Virus record (IMG/VR): IMGVR_UViG_3300049988_000008
Coordinates: 15,648-79,647 of that record
Length of the DNA stretch: 64,000 bases
DNA from: a virus
Lineage: Duplodnaviria; Heunggongvirae; Uroviricota; Caudoviricetes
Reading direction: 5' to 3' (one strand)
A program made the position numbers and the translations under genes. How positions within the stretch are numbered: the stretch's first letter is position 1; every line of letters starts with the position of its first letter. Positions 47,567 through 54,984 of the stretch are shown here, one piece after another. The notes under the pieces are model-generated. The model searched no databases. It had not been told where the DNA came from and saw only the letters and a list, made by a program, of their open reading frames with translations.

Positions 47567-48028
47567 ATGTCTACTTTCCGCGCTTATTTCTACAAAGGTA
47601 CTCGTCCCGGCACTGCCGGTATCTACAACCGTCTGGTACGTGCACGTGGTGACGGCAACTATAGCCATGTGGAGCTTGGCTTCAGCAATGGTGTCGCTGC
47701 TTCGTCTTCGTTTGAAGACAAAGGTACTCGCTTCAAGACCATCGACTTCTCAGACGGCAATTGGGACTACATTGATCTGCCAGCTGCCTGGGAACCATTT
47801 GCATACAAGTGGTTCAACCAAGCTGTGAAGATCAATCGTGGCTATGATCTGATGGGCAACGTTCACATTGCTCTTGGCTTCGTACCGAACAGTAAAGACA
47901 AGTTCTTCTGTTCGGAAGCTGTGGGGGCTGCACTGCGTATTGATGAAGCATTCCGTCTGGAACCGAACGCTCTCTATGTTGTACTGAAGCGCATGGTGTC
48001 GGTCTACAACGAAGCAAAGGAACAATAA
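47567..48028 (+). CDS. Hypothetical protein with an ordered His...Cys motif (YSHVELGF ... FFCSEAV)
   Basis: 153-aa ORF between the Tfa-like gene and the lysis genes. The H-then-C arrangement is reminiscent of permuted papain-fold enzymes. This assignment is speculative. Confidence 0.4.
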   Translation: MSTFRAYFYKGTRPGTAGIYNRLVRARGDGNYSHVELGFSNGVAASSSFEDKGTRFKTIDFSDGNWDYIDLPAAWEPFAYKWFNQAVKINRGYDLMGNVHIALGFVPNSKDKFFCSEAVGAALRIDEAFRLEPNALYVVLKRMVSVYNEAKEQ

Positions 48029-48050
48029 TTCCACTTTGTTCGTAATAAAG

Positions 48051-48085
48051 CCGGGAAGAAACGCTTCTTCCCGGTAATCTTTCTT
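48051..48085 (+). terminator. Intrinsic terminator upstream of the lysis cassette
   Basis: CCGGGAAGAA-acgc-TTCTTCCCGG followed by TAATCTTTCTT. Confidence 0.55.
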
Positions 48086-48190
48086 GAAATCAAGGTAAAA
48101 TCACGGGCATTACTCCTACAAGGATTTGCTCATGAAACCAAGTTACCTGCTCCGTAGTTCGCAACATCTTCCCAATTGGCCTGAACAAGT

Positions 48191-48604
48191 ATGACCAACA
48201 TTTTTAAATGTGGCGTACTCATGCGTGTCTACATCCTCTACACAGCAGGGATGTATTCAATTGGTCAACTGTTCTATCCAGATACAGTCATGTATCGGAT
48301 AGCACACTCTGATGAAATCTCCCAGATGGCGGCTGTAGCTTTAGGCATCTGCGCTGTACTTGGCTTCATTGACTTGATGATCAATGACCTACTCCCCGAT
48401 TCATTCATCCTCAAGCGAGCGTTGAAGGACCGACATCTTGTAATGATGTTCATTCCGATCTGCTACGCAATCCAGATGTACACAGTGGTCAAGAACTTCG
48501 ATCCGCACATCATTCTCTTCTTCTACGGTGCACACGTTGTACTGACCCCGCTATCAGTCATCTCTGATCTTCGTACGCGATACAAATTCAAGGCCGTTCA
48601 ATGA
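48191..48604 (+). CDS. Membrane protein, holin candidate
   Basis: 137 aa with 3-4 predicted transmembrane segments. It is the first gene of the lysis cassette. An alternative start is at 48221. Confidence 0.4.
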   Translation: MTNIFKCGVLMRVYILYTAGMYSIGQLFYPDTVMYRIAHSDEISQMAAVALGICAVLGFIDLMINDLLPDSFILKRALKDRHLVMMFIPICYAIQMYTVVKNFDPHIILFFYGAHVVLTPLSVISDLRTRYKFKAVQ

Positions 48605-48990
48605 AAAATGCATTCAATCAGCTGTACTGGACAGCCCTTACTATCTTGTGTGTCCTGTGGCCTGTGTCTGCTTACGCAGCACAGCTTTCGTTTGACCAAG
48701 AACTTGCACAAGTTCCTCTGCTCTCTCTCCTGATGACTCTGGTGCTGTCAACCCTGATGGGTGCGACTTCCCTGCTGCATGCAATGCGTCATGAGTACAT
48801 CAAAAACAATGGTGTGATCCACCAACTGTGGTTGTTCGTTTCTAGCCGTATGCTTGGTTCCAATTCAGCTGGTTTGCTGGTGTTCTTTGGTCCAGATGTA
48901 CCTTACAAAGCCGGTTGTATTATGCTGGCTGCGTTTCTGGGAACTGTGTTCCTGGAAAAACTGTCCAAGAAGTACATGGACACACAATAA
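48601..48990 (+). CDS. Membrane protein, holin/antiholin candidate
   Basis: 129 aa. It overlaps the previous gene by 4 nt. It has an N-terminal signal-like TM segment and two further TM segments. Confidence 0.4.
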   Translation: MKNAFNQLYWTALTILCVLWPVSAYAAQLSFDQELAQVPLLSLLMTLVLSTLMGATSLLHAMRHEYIKNNGVIHQLWLFVSSRMLGSNSAGLLVFFGPDVPYKAGCIMLAAFLGTVFLEKLSKKYMDTQ

Positions 48991-49010
48991 CTACTCCTGA
49001 AAGATACAAG

Positions 49011-49661
49011 ATGCAAGTTACTAAGCAACAACTGCAAAAGATCATGGCTACAGCTGGTCCAGCTGTGATCGATCACTTTCTGCCACATCTCAATGCTGCG
49101 ATGGCAGAGTTCAAGATCAACTCTATCAATGCTGTGGCACACTTCCTGGCTCAACTGAGTCATGAGACAGGTTGTCTGCATACTCTGTCTGAAGACCTGT
49201 ACTACAAGACTCCTGAACGTCTGATGGCTGTATGGCCATCACGTTTCAAGACTGTTCTGTCTGCGCTGCCCTACGTCCGTAATAGCGAAGCTCTGGCGAA
49301 CTTCGTGTATGCAGGACGTATGGGTAATGGAACATCTGAGTCTGGTGACGGGTTCCGTTATCGGGGCGCTGGTGCATTTCAATTAACTGGTAAAGCCAAT
49401 CACATGCGATGTGCTGACTACTTCAATGTGCAGCCATCTAAGGTAGGTGACTGGCTTCGCAGTCCTGAAGGTGCTATGCGTTCTGCTGCGTGGTTCTTTG
49501 CCACATCTGGTGCGTTGGTACAGGCGGAACTGGGGAAATTGGACAAGGTATCTGACATTATCAATCTCGGAAAGATGACTGATAAAATTGGGGACGCGAT
49601 TGGGTACACTCATCGGTATCAACTGACCGAAAAGGTACTCAATGTCTTGAAGGGAGGGTAA
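49011..49661 (+). CDS. Endolysin, glycoside hydrolase family 19 (lysozyme/chitinase-like)
   Basis: The motif AHFLAQLSHETG is the classic GH19 catalytic-region signature. The start is at the internal ATG 49011 (MQVTKQQ...). Confidence 0.65.
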   Translation: MQVTKQQLQKIMATAGPAVIDHFLPHLNAAMAEFKINSINAVAHFLAQLSHETGCLHTLSEDLYYKTPERLMAVWPSRFKTVLSALPYVRNSEALANFVYAGRMGNGTSESGDGFRYRGAGAFQLTGKANHMRCADYFNVQPSKVGDWLRSPEGAMRSAAWFFATSGALVQAELGKLDKVSDIINLGKMTDKIGDAIGYTHRYQLTEKVLNVLKGG

Positions 49662-49666
49662 TTCAA

Positions 49667-49792
49667 ATGCTGACTGCTAATTCATTGTTTGGTGCGCAAC
49701 TCTACAAGGTAAAGTGGAAGTTGATCTGCATGAAGCTCCTGTTCATCGTAGTTGCAAGCATGATGTCTTCGACCTAACGGATAAAAAATAGT
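49667..49792 (+). CDS. Small basic ORF (41 aa) after the endolysin gene
   Basis: A strong SD AAGGGAGGG lies 8 nt upstream of the ATG. The product is MLTANSLFGAQLYKVKWKLICMKLLVHRSCKHDVFDLTDKK. It is below the ORF-track cutoff. Confidence 0.3.
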
Positions 49793-49821
49793 TGACGCGC
49801 TTGCTCTGAGCCAATATTATT
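49793..49821 (+). promoter_or_regulatory. Near-consensus sigma70-type promoter: TTGACG, 17-nt spacer, TATTAT
   Basis: The -35 hexamer matches consensus at 5 of 6 positions, the -10 at 5 of 6, and the spacing is the optimal 17 nt. The spacer and -10 are embedded in the hairpin GCTCTGAG-N13-CTCAGAGC (49803-49831). Confidence 0.45.
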
Positions 49822-49827
49822 AACTCA

Positions 49828-49898
49828 GAGCAACGCACTTCTAACCGAAAGGCAGGTGACCATATCTCGAACTAAGCCCCTTAATTGGGGCTTTTTTC
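49828..49898 (+). ncRNA. Candidate ~70-nt small RNA (from the promoter above to the intrinsic terminator)
   Basis: The predicted start lies ~7 nt after the -10. The transcript ends at the terminator AGCCCC-ttaatt-GGGGCT + TTTTTT (49875-49897). It contains no ORF. Confidence 0.3.
49875..49897 (+). terminator. Intrinsic terminator between convergent transcription units
   Basis: GC stem with 6 bp, followed by T6. It lies 3 nt before the stop of the minus-strand gene 49901..50122. Confidence 0.6.
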
Positions 49899-49900
49899 GT

Positions 49901-50122
49901 TTAGCCGACATGTGCAGCATAGACATGTCCATTGGACACAGCTGCACTCACACGATCCATGCGGGAATCAGCTGTGATCATGCATGGACGACCGTCGATC
50001 TTGGTGTAACGTAGGGCGAAGCCAGCCGCAACACACAATGCATGTGCGTCTTCGGTGGACTTGCCCAGTACATCTTGCATCAGGCGTTCGCCATCTGCAC
50101 GAAGCTGTTGGTACTTATCCAT
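49901..50122 (-). CDS. Hypothetical protein
   Basis: 73-aa ORF. The SD GGAGAC lies 6 nt upstream of the ATG. Confidence 0.45.
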   Translation of the reverse strand: MDKYQQLRADGERLMQDVLGKSTEDAHALCVAAGFALRYTKIDGRPCMITADSRMDRVSAAVSNGHVYAAHVG

Positions 50123-50291
50123 CGTTGTCTCCGTTAATGAATGGATGCCGATAGCGAGTCTTCACTTGCTTCGGCGGGATTGGTGGCGCATCGAAGTCGA
50201 TTCCGAAGCGCAGAGCCATACTTCTGGCTCTGGCTTCATCTTCTTCCTCGAATGCGCTGAGGTTGTCGTCCTCAGCGTATTCTCCTGGCAT
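50115..50291 (-). CDS. Small acidic protein (58 aa)
   Basis: Its ATG is 2 nt after the rIIB-like stop. The product is MPGEYAEDDNLSAFEEEDEARARSMALRFGIDF... It is below the ORF-track cutoff. Confidence 0.3.
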   Translation of the reverse strand: MPGEYAEDDNLSAFEEEDEARARSMALRFGIDFDAPPIPPKQVKTRYRHPFINGDNDG

Positions 50292-50293
50292 GA

Positions 50294-52225
50294 TTACTTA
50301 TCCTTCTTGATATGTTGCATGATGGAAGCTTCCTGAGCCATGTCAACACCCAAGGCATGCCATGCTTTACGTGACTGTTGCTTGATCTTGACGATCCGTT
50401 GAGCAATGTCTGCGTTCATATGGCCCAGTGCCAGCAGTTGATGGATACGCTCACGTGGTGAAGAACCGATCTTGTTAGTGATCAAATCCACTGCTTTGCT
50501 ATTGCTGACAGGCACTTTAGCTGGCACCTTCTTGCCCTTGTTAGGGCTTGGCTTAGCCGATGCTTTCAGTGGTTCACCCTTGACTGTACGAACTGGACGC
50601 GCTTTCACCACTGGCTTGGTCTTGCCAGTTGGATCAGGAATGCCGAGTTTTTCCCAGCTGGTTTTCGATTGCTTTTTGAAGGCAATCAGAGCGGCCAGTG
50701 CAGCGTCCTTATGAGCTGGTTTTGCATTGACCCATTCAACATGCAAGCCATGTGCGATATCTTTACGGCTTGGAGCCGCTTTGACTTCTTCAATGACTGC
50801 ACGTGGATCGATCTTCGGCACATCAACAGACTGCGCCTTATCAGGCATGGCTTCAGCCTTTTGCAGCACTGGCTTGATCTGGTTTTCCAGTTCTTCCATT
50901 ACTGGAGTCTGGACTGCTGGATCAGCAGGTTGCATGGCTTCGATGGCAGCTTCTACGACGTTCGTTTCAGCTGTCAAGGCTTTCACCTTGATACCACTAC
51001 CCCGCTGACCAGTGATCTGGACTTCGTGGGTACGGCCAATGTGATCACCTGTCAGTGCCTTAGCCAGCAATTTCTTGCCTGCTTCGGTGCCAGTGATAGG
51101 GCGGTTGGATTTCAGGTTGCTGTACTGTTCGGCAGTCAGTTCAGCAATGATGTGGTAGCCACAGACACGCATCTTGTTGGAGTCGTATTCTGGGACTGCA
51201 ATCACATCTTCTGGAGCCAGCTTTGCCAGCACACAGACATCACCACCGAAGCCATGGATGTAGCCACGGCGAGCCACATGCAGGCCGTTGCTGCATTCGT
51301 TGCGACGGTTGTGATCGACCAGTTTTGGGTCCATGTGTACGAAGGCACCAACCCATTGTGGTACGTTCTGCGAGTGGCAGTCCACATAGGTCGCATCCTG
51401 ATAATGCTCCAGTGCTTTGTGGTCTTTGTACGTTTTCCGCAACACCTTGTAGATGACGATGGAACCGTCATCAGCAATTGGCAGATCACCACGCTCCATG
51501 AACTTGAGCAAGTCTTCGACCGAGTGGCCACGTTGATCGATGATGGCACCCAGACGCTTCAGGAAGTTCTCAACGCCCACAGATGAACCGAGCTTGTGAG
51601 CACGGGCAAACTGTGACTTGATCTTTTCCATGCCTGGAACCACTTTGCCGTCAACCACAGCAATGATGGTGTCTGGCGCTTTATAGGCGTCAGCATCTTC
51701 ACGCCCATTGGTTTGGCCAGTAGGATCAATGATGTCCCGCTGTTTATCCACCGATTTCTCGTTGAATGCAGCAGATGAAACAGGTACAGCATGTTTCATG
51801 ATTTCATCGACCACGTTCAGTGCCTTCTGGGTATCAGCAGGTACTTGTGGAGTGATGACCGCGTTGGTTACCTGTTCAACAGGCGATGCAGGCACTTGGC
51901 CAACATAAGTCGGCTCCACCGGCTCTTTATCCATACCAACCAGCTCTTTGAGCTTCTGCTTGGCGATACGGAAGAACTTGACCAACCCATTCGACTTCTC
52001 TTCGAATTTGGCCCAGTCATTGTCACCTGGCTTGTCGATCCAGATGTCCGCCCATGAAGTGCCATTAGGGAGGGCATTGGCCTTCAGTTGAGGAATGGCT
52101 TCATCGAGAATACGACGCAGGCGTTCATCACCTTGTTCGATCACGATGGTAGTGCCATCCGGTTTGTAGAATGTAGCACGCGCGGTATCCACCACAACAG
52201 CTACGATACGAGTTTTATCATTCAT
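50294..52225 (-). CDS. rIIB: rIIB-like protein (putative)
   Basis: 643-aa ORF immediately downstream of, and co-transcribed with, the rIIA-like gene. The rIIA-rIIB pairing is conserved in T4 and N4. The assignment rests on position only. Confidence 0.35.
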   Translation of the reverse strand: MNDKTRIVAVVVDTARATFYKPDGTTIVIEQGDERLRRILDEAIPQLKANALPNGTSWADIWIDKPGDNDWAKFEEKSNGLVKFFRIAKQKLKELVGMDKEPVEPTYVGQVPASPVEQVTNAVITPQVPADTQKALNVVDEIMKHAVPVSSAAFNEKSVDKQRDIIDPTGQTNGREDADAYKAPDTIIAVVDGKVVPGMEKIKSQFARAHKLGSSVGVENFLKRLGAIIDQRGHSVEDLLKFMERGDLPIADDGSIVIYKVLRKTYKDHKALEHYQDATYVDCHSQNVPQWVGAFVHMDPKLVDHNRRNECSNGLHVARRGYIHGFGGDVCVLAKLAPEDVIAVPEYDSNKMRVCGYHIIAELTAEQYSNLKSNRPITGTEAGKKLLAKALTGDHIGRTHEVQITGQRGSGIKVKALTAETNVVEAAIEAMQPADPAVQTPVMEELENQIKPVLQKAEAMPDKAQSVDVPKIDPRAVIEEVKAAPSRKDIAHGLHVEWVNAKPAHKDAALAALIAFKKQSKTSWEKLGIPDPTGKTKPVVKARPVRTVKGEPLKASAKPSPNKGKKVPAKVPVSNSKAVDLITNKIGSSPRERIHQLLALGHMNADIAQRIVKIKQQSRKAWHALGVDMAQEASIMQHIKKDK

Positions 52226-52236
52226 GATATTTCCTT

Positions 52237-54693
52237 TTATTTAAGGGCGAAAGCCAACAGATCGAGGGCTTCTTTTACTTCGGGGGAATCAGGTTCCGAT
52301 TCATTGAGTACTTTTGATAAGACATCAGTATCAATTAACCGGACCAACTGATTGTGTTTAAGCTTTGCGATGACAACATCGTTCGCTTGATCCAATGGGA
52401 TCGTATTTAACTGATCTTTAGCTGCATTCATTGTAGGGGATGCATTGTAATGACGAGTACGCTGCCAATAACTATTCCAAAGTTGAAGCATCAAATCTTC
52501 TTCTTTAGTCATGTTATTGACCAAACCAAACTTGGCACGCAATACAGGAGAAGCGTAAATAGCATGAAGGATATTAGTATCTACTCCAGCCGCTATAAGT
52601 CGATCTGGTGAGAAAGCGTAGTACTCTTTGAAATTCGGATTGTTAGTCACGAAATCAATAAGCTTGTTTATCACATACGTATGCAACGAATCAGCACCTT
52701 TTTTAAAGTACTTTGCTGCTCTCGCAATGTTGTTGGTAATGGCCCCTTTTTCACCAAAAAGACTCACAATAATACGTGATTCCTTACGATCCCACGTTCC
52801 CAGAGAGTGATGAATTTCTTTTTGTCCCGTAGATGCAACAAGAACGAACTCTGGGTTATCGATGTGTGGAATACTATCTTTCAACAGATTGCACACATTA
52901 AGGTTATGAGTGGGTTCCCGCATAACACAATCTAGCCGTGGCAAGCCAACAATAGGTGCTTTACGAGCCGCAACTGCTCTAGGAGCAGCTACTGCTTCCC
53001 ATGATTGCTTGATGGTAAGGTCCACTACAACCAAGCCACTGTTCTTGAACCATTCGAGTTCGAATTCACGTACAGCCTTTTTCATGCTGATGCGATAGAA
53101 CAGCACGCCGCCTTCACCAGCTTCTTTTATTACTGGATGCCGACGAATACGCTCTTTCAAGTTCCCAAGAGTGGCACTGAGAACGATGATTTTACGCATA
53201 TACGGCAATGCGTTGAACAGATTGGCAGGTCGTGCACTTGTTGCTGCCACTAATGGCAGAGTATCGTTATAGTGACTTGATGGGGCATTACGATCCGCTG
53301 GGTCATAGACATACAGACTCTTTGGATTCATGCCGACTTTAGTTTTCGGGTGCACTCCATTTATAGCAAGTTTCACCAGCAATGGGGCAATTACCTTACG
53401 CTGAAGCCATTCATGATGTTTACTCGTAAATTCATACACATCAGTTATCGTATTGAGTTCACGAATGAACGTCTGGACCAATCCACGATCCAGCATCTTG
53501 GCTTCAACCATCTTATTCAGACGGTAGGTGATGTCGTTCTTACGGAACTCAGGATCACTTGGATAGGCTCCATACAAAAACTCTTCAGCCATGGCCTTCA
53601 GGGAAGTAATACGATCTTGAACCGTGTTTACTCCATAAAAAGGCAATTCCATACGGGGTGTTAGCAGAACATTGCTAAGATTTTCATCAATAGCACCATC
53701 AATGACATTATGAGCAATTTCTTCACATAGATCAGTGAAATTGCTATTAATCTCATTGAGGAATCCCTTAAACAACCCTTTAAGGGTATTCAGGGTGTGT
53801 TCTTGCATCGACAATTCTTCACGACTTGGAGTCACCGAAATACTGTGTGGTGGTGCCTGGAAGATGATGAAGTAACCATATTTCTGGTTACGAATTGAAT
53901 TCAGATGATTGACGATCTGAGTGTATTCGCTTGCAATCCCTTCGACTGAATCGACCGGATAGATCACATTACCGTAACGGATCATGATCCGACCTTGATT
54001 TTCAACCACCACATGATTACGAAGAATCATGTAATTGGCTTTATCAGTGTCGAAATTGATCGTTGGGAGTTTTTCACCATTGAGCGTCATGTTCATATCG
54101 CCATTGCTGGCAATGCGACGAATCAATTCTGCAAAACGGTAGTAATCCGCACCTTTTGCAATGTTGATCGTGACAGTCAAACCAGTGTCTTCAGGGTCTG
54201 CGACTGGGAAAGCGGCAATTGGTACGATGCCTGGCTTGCCCATGACCTGTGCACTGGACTTGGACAAGTTGTAAATGGTGCGTGTCCCTGCATGGGATGA
54301 CTGTACTTCGAAGTGATCGGTATAAGCGAATGGCGCTTTGCAACCGAGTCCGAAGCCACCAGTCTGCTTGCCATCATTCTTCTTGGTGGAGTTGCCATAG
54401 GTGCCGTAGATCGGACCCATGTCATCGTTATGGATGCCCTTGCCGAAATCACGGATGACCATACGATCAACGTCAAGCGTGATTTCGACTGGCTTGTGTG
54501 TACAGCCTGCGTCGATATGGGCATCCCATGCATTGCACAGCACTTCACGGATGACTGCCAGTTTCTGGTCTTTATACAGGGAACTGGACAGCATGTTGAA
54601 GAACTCGGCGCTGTTGCTGATACCGAATTCAACTGCTTGGCCACCGCCAATAACGGCGTGGGTGACGTGATCTTTCTCGTGTGCTACTTGCAT
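52237..54693 (-). CDS. rIIA: rIIA-like protein with a GHKL (histidine kinase-like) ATPase N-terminal domain
   Basis: N-box VIREVLCNAWDA, G1 box MVIRDFGKGI and G2 box GGFGLG in the N-terminal 130 aa. The 818-aa length fits N4/T4 rIIA. Confidence 0.55.
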   Translation of the reverse strand: MQVAHEKDHVTHAVIGGGQAVEFGISNSAEFFNMLSSSLYKDQKLAVIREVLCNAWDAHIDAGCTHKPVEITLDVDRMVIRDFGKGIHNDDMGPIYGTYGNSTKKNDGKQTGGFGLGCKAPFAYTDHFEVQSSHAGTRTIYNLSKSSAQVMGKPGIVPIAAFPVADPEDTGLTVTINIAKGADYYRFAELIRRIASNGDMNMTLNGEKLPTINFDTDKANYMILRNHVVVENQGRIMIRYGNVIYPVDSVEGIASEYTQIVNHLNSIRNQKYGYFIIFQAPPHSISVTPSREELSMQEHTLNTLKGLFKGFLNEINSNFTDLCEEIAHNVIDGAIDENLSNVLLTPRMELPFYGVNTVQDRITSLKAMAEEFLYGAYPSDPEFRKNDITYRLNKMVEAKMLDRGLVQTFIRELNTITDVYEFTSKHHEWLQRKVIAPLLVKLAINGVHPKTKVGMNPKSLYVYDPADRNAPSSHYNDTLPLVAATSARPANLFNALPYMRKIIVLSATLGNLKERIRRHPVIKEAGEGGVLFYRISMKKAVREFELEWFKNSGLVVVDLTIKQSWEAVAAPRAVAARKAPIVGLPRLDCVMREPTHNLNVCNLLKDSIPHIDNPEFVLVASTGQKEIHHSLGTWDRKESRIIVSLFGEKGAITNNIARAAKYFKKGADSLHTYVINKLIDFVTNNPNFKEYYAFSPDRLIAAGVDTNILHAIYASPVLRAKFGLVNNMTKEEDLMLQLWNSYWQRTRHYNASPTMNAAKDQLNTIPLDQANDVVIAKLKHNQLVRLIDTDVLSKVLNESEPDSPEVKEALDLLAFALK

Positions 54694-54732
54694 GGGATAC
54701 CTCGCTTGGATACAGGTTAGGGGGTTATGTCC

Positions 54733-54984
54733 TTATCCGTATGGGAAAGGATCAGTTTTGGTGGACTCGACGGTCACACTCGAAGGGGGAGCCGGAGGCT
54801 CCATGGAATATCCGGGGATATCATCAGCACTGACGAATACCCATGCACGAACCCAGACACCATCAGGTACTTGATCGAATTGCATAGGGTTATCAACATC
54901 AGCGTCTATACCAATTACTTCATTATGGTGAATACGGGTTGCAGTTTCAAAAACTGCTTCACGTTGTTGTTGAGTAAGCATCAT
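54733..54984 (-). CDS. Hypothetical protein
   Basis: 83 aa. Its ATG overlaps the DNA polymerase stop (ATGA), consistent with translational coupling. Confidence 0.4.
   Translation of the reverse strand: MMLTQQQREAVFETATRIHHNEVIGIDADVDNPMQFDQVPDGVWVRAWVFVSADDIPGYSMEPPAPPSSVTVESTKTDPFPYG

Noticed and set aside
48083-48100. TTGAAA ... TAAAAT pair upstream of the lysis cassette, considered as a sigma70 promoter
   Set aside because: The spacer between the two hexamers is only 6 nt. That is incompatible with sigma70 geometry.
50669-51586. 305-aa plus-strand ORF opposite the rIIB-like gene, and the similar ORF 58606..59307 opposite the helicase
   Set aside because: They are antisense shadows within minus-strand genes. 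Helicase motifs confirm which strand is coding.
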